The notes: generated by a model not told the origin, from the letters alone. A DNA stretch of 50,422 nt, filler included, from Sphacelaria rigidula (GCA_964200075.2; 3 parts of 3 records of this genome joined end to end with filler, not necessarily neighbours in it); one strand, 5' to 3'; positions 21,975-33,586 are shown, counted from the first letter of the whole stretch. Made by a program: numbers and translations.

Positions 21975-22655
21975 TGTGCTCAGATTTCAGTGGATCATTA
22001 GATGAAAACATAGCTGGTAAAACGCAGTGATGTGGGTCAAACGGGGATGTTATCAGAGGTATAGTGGAGTATGACTGCAGTACCGCACTGGGGAGTCTTT
22101 GACAAGTTTGTAGAGGGTTGACACAGACAGGTTTGAGGCTGATACAGACAGGGTAATGCAGGAGAGTTGCACAGACTGTGTTGATGTGGATGCGAGAGGG
22201 CCAAGAGTCTGGAATATATCCTTTGGCTAGGACTATCTGATTGGATGCTTGGGGACGGTTGGGGGACGAATAGAGTAGCCAGAGCTGTCGACATAGCGGA
22301 TAGAATGTGACGACCAGGTGCGGTGCATCTCCTCGTGGTGTTTTGGTGTGGGTCGTGCAGAGTTTTGGGCACGCCCCACCCCCTTTCAGTTCTCACCATC
22401 CCCGCAACAACTGGGGTTTGGTTTCCTGCAAGCAGTCTAGGCGCTACTAAAAGATATATAAACCTCTACACGGCTCAAGTTTTGGCTACTTTCTTCCTGC
22501 AACTGCATCTATCTACCACAAGATATCCTCTGCTACCACCGCTGCAGCCCTCCTCAGCTCCGACTTCAGTCCCACAACTGAAACGCAGAAACAAGAATCT
22601 ACACGCGAGAAGTGGGAACCTCCGAGTCTCCAAAGTGAAATTCAGGTTCCTTAGA
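21975..22655 (+). repeat. 5' LTR (~680 bp)
   Basis: Start shared with the 3' LTR stub; TATATAAA at ~22455; ends just before the PBS (…TTAGA where …CA is expected). Confidence 0.7.
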
Positions 22656-22656
22656 G

Positions 22657-22672
22657 TGGCGTCGACGACTGG
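22657..22672 (+). promoter_or_regulatory. Primer-binding site TGGCGTCGACGACTGG (probably tRNA-Ser)
   Basis: TGG start, located between the LTR and the gag ATG; complement ends GUCGACG-CCA, as in some eukaryotic tRNA-Ser. tRNA identity is inferred. Confidence 0.6.
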
Positions 22673-22725
22673 TCTGCTGCGTTTCTGCTTGGGGATTTCG
22701 GCTGTCTGCTCGAGGGTGGTTGGTC

Positions 22726-25700
22726 ATGTCAGGTACGACGGGTACTCAGGGTAAGGATGGGAGGAGGGGTGGGGTCACGCGGTCACAGCGGGCGGCTGCG
22801 GCCCCGCGTCTGGCCGCGCCTCCGAGTCCGCTCGCTGCGCACGCGGCGCGTGCTGCGAGCAGTGAGTCTGGTTCTGATTCGTCTATTCGTAGTGCCCATG
22901 CTATTCGTTCGCCGGCTCGTTCGGAACTTCGGGCTGCTGCGGGTAAGATCCGCCCCGGGCATGCTAGTGAGAACTCCCCTCCGTCGCCGGAGGGTACGGC
23001 GGGGGCGGCGGGGTCGTCCCCGTTGGGTACGGGTGGGGTGGGTACGGTCAATCAGGGTAGGGGTAACGGGGGTTAGGGTGGGGGAGGGGTCGCTTCGGCC
23101 CCTGACCCCCTGGTTAAGGTTCTTGATGCTCGCGGGTTTTTTTCAGTCTCCAGGCCTCGTGGGACGGAAAAGTCGAGCATTGATGAAACGCCCGGCGTTG
23201 AAGCGGTGCTTTTAGCGCAGATCGAGGCGGGGGATAGCCCCTCCCGCTCGAGTAGTTTCGGGCATGCGGTAGCGGTTCCGCCGCGGGAGGTAGGTCGGGG
23301 TGCGTTGTTGATCGCACGTGGCCGCTCGGGGTCTCGCGGGGGTTCTGTCGTGCCCCCTGCGTCGGATGTGTCGTTTGAGGAGGGTGGTAGTGAGGTGTCA
23401 TCTGTCCCCCGCAGCGCGCCTATTGGTCCTCATGTTGCCGTTCGTACCTCACACGTACCAGGCAATGTGGATCAGGAGTTGGTGGAGACGGAGAACGTTG
23501 CCCTCGAGGCGGAGGTGGAGGCCGCGGTGGGGCCCGCGTCGCCGCGCGGCCGCTGTGTGATGGGGGACGACGACCGCCGGACGCCGTCGCCACCGCCGCG
23601 GTTGACGGTGCACGAGCAGGAGGTAAGGTTAGGGTTAGTGGTGGAGGCGCGTAAGATGTTGGCCACGCTGACCCTGGAGGAACGGTGGTTAACGGAGGGT
23701 AACGCCTTGGCGGCGGACGAATTGTTCGCTCGTCAGTTGCAGGCGGATGAGGATCGGGGGGGTAATCCGGCGGTCGCTCAGTCGGAAGTGGGTTCTCGGA
23801 CTGTAGGGAGGGTACTTGCGAGCAGTTCCCGCTCGCCGGGGGAGAAAATGCCGGGGGTACGGGATAACGGTTGGACGCGGGTGTCGGGTTCCCGGTCGTA
23901 TGCGGATGTGTCCCGTGTGTCCCGTCCGGCGGTGACTGGGGGCCGGTTTGACGTGTTGCGCGATCCGACTCCGGATAAATTGTCTCGTGCCTCACAGGAG
24001 GCCATGGTCGACATTACACGGGCGACGGAGGCCGCGGCTTCTCGGAAGGCGGGTCTAGACGGGGCCGTCGCGAAGGATGACGCGGCGAAACTGGCCGTCC
24101 AGACGGCGGTGTTTCGCGTGGCGGTCGCGGGCGTGGAGGCCGCGGAGGCTGCCGCGGAGTTGGAACGGGCGGAGGCCGTCCAACTCGCCACGCGGGTAGA
24201 GGTTGAGCAGGAAGCCTCGCACTTCATGGAAGCGCGTTCGCACCGTGAGGCGGTGATCTCTGCGTGCGCCCAGCAGGCGGGGCCCTTGTTCGGTAAGTGG
24301 GCTCCGCAGCTCAAGTTGCTGCGGGACGCGGAGCCGGTGGTTAACTGCGTGCCCGCCCCTCGGCCCGTGATGGGGGTAAGGGGTTCTCCCCCGGGGGTCG
24401 CGCTGGGGTCGGGAGCTTTGGTCGCAGCGGGACCGCCGATGGTCCCGCCCGCGGCTCCGCTGGTTCCCGCGCAGGGGGCGGGGGTTGGCGGGGTAATGTC
24501 GGCTGCTGCCACACCGGGTGGATTGGCGACGGTTCGTTCTAATACGGCAGTATCGGTTGCGGCTCGCGGGGTGGCGGCGGAGGCAGCCGGTTCTGTCTCT
24601 GGCCCGACCGGTGGCGTGGCGGCCACTGGCGCGGAGGGGTCGTTTGCCTGGGCGGCGGTTGAAGGGTTGCGTGGTGCCCCGATACCGCCCGCAGTGGGGG
24701 CGCAGGATGGGGGGTCCCTCGCGGCGCCTCGGGGCTCCGGTGAGTGGGGGGCGGACGGGGTGCTTGCGCTGCCTCGCCTCTCGGACGAGGAATTCAAGTA
24801 CTGCGCCACCCGCTGTCCCCAGGGGGTGTCTTTGCCGGGGTTTTGCCGGCAGAGCCGGGCGTTGAAGGGTTCGTGTCCTCCTCACCGGGCGTTGCAGTCT
24901 TGGGAGGAGGAGAAGCGGGAGCTGCTACGGGGCGGGGGGGGCGTTTTGGCGCAACTCGCGGTTCAGGACGCCCAAGGTGGAGCGGCGCTGGCGCCTGCGG
25001 AGGGTGCCCGCGGTCAGCCGGGTTTTCAGTCGGGTGGGCCGGAGCACCGGGAAACGAAGAGGTGGGTGGCGCCCGATGGGCCTAGGTGGGTGTTGCAGGG
25101 TTGTGTTGTCGCTGGTCTACCCAACGATGAGAGTTTTCGGGGGGGAAGGAGTCCTTGGGGACTGCCGACTCGGGGGATGGGTTCCCGTCGTTGCATACCG
25201 CGCATATTGCGCAGGGGTATGCGAAACTCAAACTGGATTTGTTGGCGGACCTGCCGAAGTTACCGTTATCGTCCACTCACAACATGCAGCAGTTGGTGGC
25301 GTTAGTGGAGGGAGTGAAAGATTCGGTAGCGGCAATGCGGCTCATTGTGGGGGACACCCATCCCACGCGTTGGACGCGGGGTTGGGAAAAGACCCTCCAA
25401 AAACACTTGCGGCGTGCCGTGCGGCCAGGGGCACCGGACGCCCCGGGGATCGTGGCTCGGATCGGGGACGTGATCGCTCACGCGTCTCGTTTGAGGGGGA
25501 GGGGGCTTCTGGGCCAGAGGCTATGGCGTTTCTGGTGCGGGTGTTGAGCCGTTAATCGAGCAATCTGACACCTGACGCCGTGCTCCGGGAGTTGATCATT
25601 TTCCGGGCAGCGGAAGGGTCTTTGTTCGCCAATTATTAGCGCGACCTACGGATTCTGGTGAGCAATGTTCAGTGTCTGGGGGCCGAGGTGACTCCGGATG

Positions 25701-26314
25701 AGGCGCAAGTGCAGTCGGCAATTAAAACGGCCATTCAGGACCAGTTCCCCGGGATTAGTGGCCGTGTGTTTGCGGGGCGCGATGATTGTGCGACGCCGTT
25801 CGACTCCCTCGAGTCGCTGATGGGCAAGTTGGACTAGTTCAGATCCAACACGATGCGGGCGCACGCGCCGCGACTCGTGCAGGGTACCGGAGGGGGGGCG
25901 GCGCGGAGCCGTTATCCGCCGAAGTCGGGTCAGGGTAGGTCTTTTAGCGGGACCGTGATGAGCATCACGGAGATGCGCGATTTCCCCTGCGAGGATCGGG
26001 AGATGAAATATGTGTATACGGTGGGGCGGGCTAATTCGGACAGGTTCGGCAAAAACAGGGATCCTCCGTTCTATGAGCCTTTCCCCACCCGCGAGCTGAA
26101 CAAAGCGCTGAAAGCATTTGGGTCGTATTGTCTCAACTGCGACAGCGCCGACCACACTTTGGCTCGTGAGTGTCCGAAGGAGTATATTAGTAAATCGGGT
26201 TTAATACATCACTCGATGGGTGAGGGGACGCCGGAGGAAGTCCGCCAGAAATGGGTGCGGTGGCAGCGCCGCCTGCGCTCTCACATTATCGACAATTACC
26301 CTCAAAAGAAATGA
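22726..26314 (+). pseudogene. Long Gag-like region, frameshifted; zinc knuckle near the C-terminus
   Basis: ORF pieces 22726-23076, 23206-25305, 25155-25547, 25853-26314; CLNCDSADHTLAREC at 26129-26173. Confidence 0.7.
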
Positions 26315-27299
26315 GGGCGCGACGGTAAAGTTCTGGCCACTTTACCGGCAGCACAAGGGTCAGTGCAACATGATACTCAGAGAGCTCAACAAGGTCGGTC
26401 GGCTGTGTTATTGGTTCCGCAGCAGGCTGCGCCTGCCGTATGTGGCGAAATTTCTGTCATCTCCCGTCGGCACAGCGTGGACAATGGCGAGGAGGCAGGG
26501 TACAGTTTGCCTGGGAGTGTCGGTATCGGTGCGGGGGGGGTTCTGTGCTGAAGGTAGCCGGGGGGTCTGATCAACTTTTGAGGGATAGGTGCGAGACGGA
26601 GGCAGCCCCGGCGCTTTGTGCGACGTCTACCGCGCGCCGGTCTCGCGGGGTGGACATCGACCGACGGGGAGGGGACCAGTCCCGGAGTAGCGCTCCGGAT
26701 GGTCTCTCTTCCCACAGTGGTGTGGGTGCGCGGGCACAAGGGCCACTGGTGCAGGCCTGCTGTCGCGGTGAGCGTTGCTTACGTCCGCCAGATGCTAGGG
26801 ACAAGGACGGTCCTGGTGTGACGGTACCGTCGCATGATTTGGAGAGCCCAACAGGTGAATTCGTCCTGGGTGAGGGAAGCGTGTCGCATCACGGTGCTCG
26901 GGGCTCAAGTTGTTCTCGGCGCCGTTACCCTCAGAAAGGGGGCGGTTTCATGTGCTACCAAGTGGGGGCTTGCCCTCCCGGGCTCCGTGCCAGCCGGGGG
27001 CGGCCCAGGCTTTCACCGACCATCCTTGCGGAGGAGGTCACTGCGGGGACCACTGCGGGCTCGGTGCCTGGCAGTGTGGTTGACTTACCCAACCACGTGA
27101 AACCGTTTAGTCCCTCCCATTGCACAGGTACAGCCGAGGCGGCTCACCTTGCACGATCTGTGGCTGGAGTGTCGGACGAAGGTAGTCCGATTTGCGTGGG
27201 AGAGCATATCTATGTTCTAGACCCGTCGGGAAATCGTTTGAATAGTATAGATCCACCACCTCGTACCCCCGATCCCATCCCCTGTCAGGTACCGCGCGG

Positions 27300-27970
27300 G
27301 CGGCAAGGGACGTTCTTACCGGAAGTAGCTGAGGTCTCCGGCGGATATGTATCCATCGACCGCGCTCGGAACACGGCTGGGGTAAGGGTGTTTTGCGGGC
27401 CTAAGGCGATCCGCATGTGGGATTGCTCGGCTTTGCTCGACAGTGGGAGTCCGGCGACATTTATCCTGGATAAGGTATGATTGTCCATGGTTGCGTACGG
27501 GGCTGGATCTGGTGACGCGATGCGGGAGATTAATCCCGTGTCGTGGGGCGGGTTCAATGGGGTGCCTGTGAGAACATGCTCACAGGTGCGTTTGAATATC
27601 CGTTTCGTGGACGGCTCACGCAAAGGTCGGACAACAGGCACGAGTGCATGTTTCGCGATTTACGCACATATTGTCCCGGAGGGTACGATGTCGTTTGATT
27701 TGCTGCTGGGTCGCGATGGGTTGGCTCAGTTTCCGGTGCGCTCGCATCGTGATGTTAGTGAGGATGAAACTTTCATGTCGCTCGCAAGGCCCACTATGGC
27801 TGTTGGACCCACCCCGTGTGATCGCTGGGTCCAAAACGCCGTGGGTATGATTGAACAGTCGACGATATCTGATGAGGAGGTTGTCGCGATTTTTTCAGGG
27901 GAAACTGAGTTGGCGGTAACGCAGGAGTTGACGTGGGTTCCCGTCACACTGCGTCCGACGGGGGGGGGGG
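27300..27970 (+). pseudogene. Retroviral-type aspartic protease region
   Basis: ALLDSGSPATFI (DSG at 27439) and DLLLGRD; in-frame TGA at 27478-27480. Confidence 0.85.
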
Positions 27971-28061
27971 GGCTGCCCCTGAAGGTAATTATTATGTGTA
28001 TTTCGAGGCGGGGGGGTCCCCGTCAGAAATGGTTGTGTAGGCGGGGGATTCAGTTACTCCG

Positions 28062-29975
28062 TTGCGGTTTACAGATGTGGAGTGTGCGTTGGTCTTACCG
28101 GGGATGAAGTTGGGGTCAGCAGGGCAACCGTTGGTACCTTGCTCGCTAAATGATGCGAAAATTTCCAGGTTGCCGGACCCGACTTCGACCGCCGTTTTTG
28201 CAGTCGAGCTGGCACTACCGGAGCCGCCGGAGGCCATGTTTGGTGATCTATGTACGGAGAAACGTGCCGCGTTCCGTCGATTGTGGGGTCGTATCCCTCC
28301 TCACTTACATAGCACCACTTTCGGTTTACAGGACAAGTGCTGGCAGGTGGAGGATATGGATAAGTTGGCGGATGTGCTGTGCAAATTCTCTGACAGATTC
28401 TCGGTGAATAAAATGGACTTGGGGTACTGTACGATGGATCCGTTCAAAATCGAGCTGAAGCCGGGGGCTAACCCCATCAAACAACGGCCGTACCGGCACA
28501 ACCCGTCCACGCAACAGAAGGTGCAGGTTGAAATTGACCGGTTGTTAGCGGCGGGGCTCCTGCGACGTTCTTACTCCAGTTGGAGCTCTCCGTTGGTGGT
28601 GGTGAACAAAAAGGGTGGAGGGATTCGCTTGACTTGCAATTATCGGAAGCTTAATGACGCCACTGTAAGCTCGGTCTTGCCCATTCCGACTATCGACGAG
28701 CTGTTGGATGATCTCGGGGGTGCCAAGGTTTTCACTTGCCTGGATATTCTGTCGGGCTATTTTAACATCTCCCTGCACCCTGACACCATTCCACTGACCG
28801 CGGTGTGTACTCAATCGGGATTGTACGAATGGTTGGTGATGCCAATGAGATGCAGTGGGAGCCCGGGGTGGTTTCAATCCATCATGGCTCGGGTATGTAA
28901 GGGTTTGATGCGGTGTCGTTTGTACATCGATGATGTTTGCACATTCAGTGCAAATGGGGCTGAACATGTGAGTGATTTGTCGGACTTCTTGGAACGCCTC
29001 ACAAAATTCAACCTTAAATTGGCGCCGAAGAAGGCTCACGTGGGGGCGGGGGAGGTTACTTTCCTTGGTCATCGCATCTCGGCGGACGGAATTTCGCCTG
29101 ACTCTACGAAGGTAGATGCGCTGCGCCTCATGCCGATGTCTACTTCCGTGACTGAGTTGCGTTCGCTTATGGGGGGGTTGAGTTACTACCGCAAGTTCAT
29201 CCCAAAAATGGCAGCTCGCACTAAATCCATTAACGGGCTGTTGAAGAAGGGGGTTGAGTTTCATCTCACGCCGGAACATGAGGAAACGGTGTGCGAAATT
29301 CTGGGGGAGTTGACCGGTCCAAAAATTTCATCTTTTCCGGATTACGGTGGAGCGGTGTCGGGGGGTCGTCCTTTCATGTTGGCCACGGACGCGAGCAAGC
29401 ATGGTCTGGGGGCGGTGGTGGAGCAACGTCATGCGGAAGGTGACGTGCGGCCGCTATGTTTTTTGAGCCGCAGTACTTTGCCTAACGAGGGTAACTCGAC
29501 GGCCACCGAATTGGAAGCGGGGGCGATTGTTTGGGCTGTCAAGAAAGACCGCCCGTTGTTCTACGGGATTCCTTTCCAAATTTTCAGCGACCATCAACCG
29601 TTGCGCAATTTGTTCAGCCTTGCGGAGAAGGTGCCCAGGGTCCAGCGTTGGCAAGATTTTCTCAGTGCTTACACCTATGAGATTGTCTACAAGCCGGGGG
29701 TGGCTAACTCCAACGCCGACATGCTGTTGCGCCTTCCTCTTGCTCACAGCGAAGAAGATGTAAGTGGTCCTTTTCGCATCTCTGACCCTGCTGATTTAGA
29801 TGTTTACTTTATCGGGGCTAGCGGGGTGGCGCCGCGGGAATTTGGATCCTCCCATGTTGCCAGCTTGGATGGGCTTCCCTCTGTGGGGCCGGTCCCCGTT
29901 CTTCAAGCTTGGATGGGCTTGCTCCCCGGGGTAATTTTCAGAGGGGGGGGAGTGGACATCCGGCTGCTTCACTGA
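28062..29975 (+). CDS. pol: Pol: reverse transcriptase and RNase H (Ty3/Gypsy)
   Basis: WSSPLVVVNKKGGGIRLTCNYRKLN, LYIDDV (28923), FLGH, LATDASKHGLGAVV, ELEAGAIVWAV, FSDHQPL, NSNADML. Confidence 0.93.
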   Translation: MRFTDVECALVLPGMKLGSAGQPLVPCSLNDAKISRLPDPTSTAVFAVELALPEPPEAMFGDLCTEKRAAFRRLWGRIPPHLHSTTFGLQDKCWQVEDMDKLADVLCKFSDRFSVNKMDLGYCTMDPFKIELKPGANPIKQRPYRHNPSTQQKVQVEIDRLLAAGLLRRSYSSWSSPLVVVNKKGGGIRLTCNYRKLNDATVSSVLPIPTIDELLDDLGGAKVFTCLDILSGYFNISLHPDTIPLTAVCTQSGLYEWLVMPMRCSGSPGWFQSIMARVCKGLMRCRLYIDDVCTFSANGAEHVSDLSDFLERLTKFNLKLAPKKAHVGAGEVTFLGHRISADGISPDSTKVDALRLMPMSTSVTELRSLMGGLSYYRKFIPKMAARTKSINGLLKKGVEFHLTPEHEETVCEILGELTGPKISSFPDYGGAVSGGRPFMLATDASKHGLGAVVEQRHAEGDVRPLCFLSRSTLPNEGNSTATELEAGAIVWAVKKDRPLFYGIPFQIFSDHQPLRNLFSLAEKVPRVQRWQDFLSAYTYEIVYKPGVANSNADMLLRLPLAHSEEDVSGPFRISDPADLDVYFIGASGVAPREFGSSHVASLDGLPSVGPVPVLQAWMGLLPGVIFRGGGVDIRLLH

Positions 29976-30278
29976 CGTCGTCAGAGATAGCGGATGCCAC
30001 ATGGAATCTGATTCAGGAGAGACTTAAGTCATCAAGTTCTACACTGGGCTGGAAGGGACCGGAAGTGGTAAAGGATCACCCACGGCTTCTCTCCCCGAGT
30101 GTTACCGATGTGGTGTGTGGACAGTGGGAACCGGGCTTGTGCTTGCATTCTTGCTCCGTTACTGAAGTGGGAAAATTAGTTGAAACACGAGACGGCGGGC
30201 TCGGAAGTTTTTGTGATCTCAGATGAGGAGGCGGAGTCGACCGAAGAGGACGGTTCGGGTACGCTGGCGCTCACTCTA

Positions 30279-30516
30279 GAGTGATACTGCGGTAGGGTCT
30301 GCACTTTTTGGGCCAAAACCGGCCTGAGAAAATTCAATATCTGAGAACATTGTGACCTCCGCCCGAACCTCAGACTGGAATCATCGCATGGGTCATGGAT
30401 GCATGTTCCACCCGGAGGCTCTAAGAACTGTGGTGAGAGTCAAAGGTGATTCGACATGCCTAAATCCCGATTTTCCCTCAGGCCGCAAAAGCGCAGACCC
30501 TATCGCAGCATCACTC
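30279..30516. mobile_element. 238-bp MITE inserted in the Gypsy RNaseH-integrase linker (Sola2-like termini)
   Basis: GAGTGAT...ATCACTC TIRs (~30 bp, imperfect), 4-bp TSD TCTA; removal restores frame GTLALTL-EAAEACNFGERL. Confidence 0.85.
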
Positions 30517-30951
30517 TCTAGAGGCGGCGGAAGCGTGTAATTTTGGGGAGCGGTTGTGTGCCAAGTCCGCAAGTGACTGGGCGCAAATCCAACTTACTGA
30601 TCTGACCGCTCGTACGACTGCCGTCTATCTCTCGCAGGGAAAGACCACACTCTGGAAGGGAGAGGGGAAAGCGGTGGGTAGCGGGATGGGCGGAAAAGAG
30701 CTGCGAGCGTTGTTAAAACAAGGGGAGTTGCTTGAGTTGGCGGACGGGGGTAAACTGTTGGTGAAAAAGCTGACGGTCGCGCCGGAGGGGTCGGAGGATC
30801 GGAACCCGGGTATTTTTTAGCGATACCTCGGAGACGAACCGATGAGAACCCACGTTCCCTTGTTGTTGAGGTTCTGGGTAATGGACCACACGCACAAGGA
30901 AGCGGTGCACCTGGGGGGAAAAGTGACTTTCTCTCTTCTGCAACGGTACTA

Positions 30952-32691
30952 TTGGTGGATAGGATGAAAGAGAGTGTGAAATTCTGGATTCGACGCTGTT
31001 ATTCATGCCAGGCCAAGAAATCTGATCGGTACACGGTGCGGTGGCCTTTAGTCTCGCTACCACTAACGAGTCGGCCAGGGCAAATGGTAGCTTTTGATTT
31101 CCTGGGTCCTTTGCCGAAAACAAAGAGGGGTAATAGACACATCTTCCTCATGGTGGACCTGTTTAGTAGACACGCGGAGGGTTACGCGATCATCTCTGAA
31201 GAGCACACCGCTACTGGGTGTGCGGCAGTTATAGTGGGGGACGATGTGCCACGATGGGGTTGCCCGCACACTTTCTTGTCGGATCGGGGGGCGGAGTTCA
31301 CTTCCGCGGTGTGTAGGTCGGTGTATGAAATGATGGGTGCGGTAAAACGGTTCACAAGCTTGTATCACCCCCAGACGAATGGGATGGTGGAGCGGTTGAA
31401 TAACACCTTGTGTCAAATGCTGTCGTTTTTGGTGGTGGACGATCAGGGCAACTGGGATGAGCCTCTAATGCATGCAATCTCAGCACACAACAATAACATC
31501 AGTAGGGGTACCGGGTTGTCCCCAAATGAGGTACATATTGGACGCTACCCGCGCATGCCCATGACCATTCTGGAGGGTAGGGGGGTGCGGGGGCACCAGG
31601 GTTTGAAGGGTGATCAGCTGGATTATCTTCAGCTGATGAGTGATCGGCAGGTAAAGGCGTACGAGTTGGTGAGGCAAGAAGAGTTTTTGATCAAAGCAAA
31701 ACATGAAGCCAAGAACCAGAGTATTAAGGAAATGACAAACCGCCGGCCAAAATGGCAAGCGGGCCAGTGGGTATTTGTGTATGACGACAGAAGCACCATC
31801 GCCTCGGGGGGTAAGGCGGTGCAGGTGACGTCGGGTACCGCCCGGACGTCTTTGGCTTTGTCAGCGAAGCTGGCTCAGTGTTGGGCGGGGCCGTACAAAA
31901 TTTTATTGGTTGGACCAGGGGTAACCTCGGAGGGTGAACAGGTGGGCAGTAATCTAGTGTTGTTGGAGATTCGGCGAAACGAGCCAGGGATCAACACGAA
32001 TTCCAGGGTGTCAGTGGCGAGGTGTAAGAGGTGTTACAACCCCCATGAGGGGCCGGACAAGCCGAGATTTCTGCCCTGGGGGCTCAGTCAATATGTGATG
32101 AATAAATATTCTGAGCGGTCGCCTCCTCTGCATCTCACGGCGGAAGGCGTCACGATGGAGTTGAATACTCACAGAATTTTACCAGATAAATTGGTGAAAC
32201 ACAGGCTGTCTCGGGGGTTGTGTGGTAAGCTGGCGGTACAATGCCTGATGTATTGGGGCGGCTTGGATGTTCCTAGGGGGGAGCATGAAACTGAGCTTGA
32301 ACAGTACGGCCGGCAGGTAATTTTAAAGTATTGGTTGGGCGAACCCACGCAGGTTGAAGGGGACAATGCGCAATACCGGAAATACCGCATTCACTTGTCG
32401 CGGCGCATATCAGCGCACGAACGGGGCGGATATTACGTGGCGCCGGGTTATAAGGTGTCAGAACGGCGGAAGGATGGGCCCGATGTGTACAACACTGACA
32501 TTGTGGGCGCTCACGTGTATTTCAAAACGGCTTCCGCAGGTTGGCAGTTGTCCGAGGTGGTGGGACTGGAGGAGAACCCAGGTCAGCGGGAGCGTCCGCA
32601 CACTCTCCGCATGATGGATTTGGGGCGGAAATACGCGGTACATCTGAAGTGGGCTGCCCTTGATGAGAGCTGTGGTCAACCGGGGGACTAG
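30952..32691 (+). CDS. Pol: integrase core, chromodomain-like region and C-terminal extension
   Basis: CYSCQ, FDFLGPLP, VDLFSR, LSDRGAEF, YHPQTNGMVERLN, WAGPYKI; HHCC histidines lie in a shifted frame at ~30885-30910; premature TAG at 32689. Confidence 0.92.
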   Translation: MVDRMKESVKFWIRRCYSCQAKKSDRYTVRWPLVSLPLTSRPGQMVAFDFLGPLPKTKRGNRHIFLMVDLFSRHAEGYAIISEEHTATGCAAVIVGDDVPRWGCPHTFLSDRGAEFTSAVCRSVYEMMGAVKRFTSLYHPQTNGMVERLNNTLCQMLSFLVVDDQGNWDEPLMHAISAHNNNISRGTGLSPNEVHIGRYPRMPMTILEGRGVRGHQGLKGDQLDYLQLMSDRQVKAYELVRQEEFLIKAKHEAKNQSIKEMTNRRPKWQAGQWVFVYDDRSTIASGGKAVQVTSGTARTSLALSAKLAQCWAGPYKILLVGPGVTSEGEQVGSNLVLLEIRRNEPGINTNSRVSVARCKRCYNPHEGPDKPRFLPWGLSQYVMNKYSERSPPLHLTAEGVTMELNTHRILPDKLVKHRLSRGLCGKLAVQCLMYWGGLDVPRGEHETELEQYGRQVILKYWLGEPTQVEGDNAQYRKYRIHLSRRISAHERGGYYVAPGYKVSERRKDGPDVYNTDIVGAHVYFKTASAGWQLSEVVGLEENPGQRERPHTLRMMDLGRKYAVHLKWAALDESCGQPGD

Positions 32692-33533
32692 TGTTGGCAC
32701 ATTCACATGCTGCGGAAAACCGCTAAATATTTCGCGCATGGCTGGTGAATGGGCAGGGATTTTGTTTGGTGCTGGAAATGGGGTGGGCACATTGTCATGC
32801 GGCGGAACCGTAAAAAATTCCGCGCATGTGGGTGACAGGGCTGGATTAAATCGAAGTGGAGCTAGACGTGGCGGACGTGCGAGTTTGATGTCGGGATAAG
32901 GGCAATCATCGAGGGGGGGGCTATCCGGAGCGCGGCGACAAGAGCCGTTTGGAGCGCCGTGAAGCTGCATGCAAGAACGAGCAGGAGGACGACGCGAATG
33001 AGTGATGTAATGGCTGGAGCTCGGAGAAATGTTGACTCATGCCCATTTGTGGTTTTCGCGTGGAGGGTTTCTTGGGTGGATTGAAATTTGGAGCCGGAGC
33101 TACCGCTGCTCTACCAATTTCCCCACTCCTTGCGAGCGGTTGTGTCCGGAGACGGTGCCTCTGGAACCATGTAGCAACATGACATGTTTCTTCTGTTTTC
33201 GGAATGTCTTCATTTGTCCTTGTCATGGTTTTGTGTTGTCTCATGTAGGATCTAGACGGTGATACCGAACTCTCGTCGAGTGTTTTCTGCTGTTTTTTTT
33301 TTTTCGTCATGGTTGGATATCGAGCCGGAGCCGTCATCTCCGTCGATTTCCCACTCATTGGAGGCGGACGTATCCGGAGTCAGTCGGTGTTCGGGGTTGG
33401 GTGTCTCTGTTAGTTACAGGGAAAGTACAAACAAGCGGGTCGGGGGTTAATAGGTGAGCTCGTTCCGGTCTATGTTGTTTGCACAAAGTGAGGTCCGGCT
33501 ATGACCAAACTTTGTGTTCACAGGATGGGTTGA

Positions 33534-33586
33534 TGTGGTGAGCTCAGATTTCAGTGGATCATTAGATGAAAACATAGCTGGGAGTC
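33534..33586 (+). repeat. Start of 3' LTR
   Basis: TGT start after GGATGGGTTGA; identical to 21978-22017 over 40 bp. Confidence 0.85.

Larger units (their letters stand above)
21975..33586 (+). mobile_element. Near full-length Ty3/Gypsy LTR retrotransposon with chromodomain, 3' LTR cut by the contig end
   Basis: Domain order gag-PR-RT-RNaseH-IN-chromo; 40-bp identity between 21978-22017 and 33542-33581; PBS at 22657. Confidence 0.95.

Noticed and set aside
23622-23640. GGTTAGGGTTAG telomere-like run in gag
   Set aside because: Only two units, within the coding frame (VRLGLV); likely chance.
23778-24885. Long antisense ORFs over gag and other coding regions
   Set aside because: Explained as shadows of GC-rich sense coding; no motifs.
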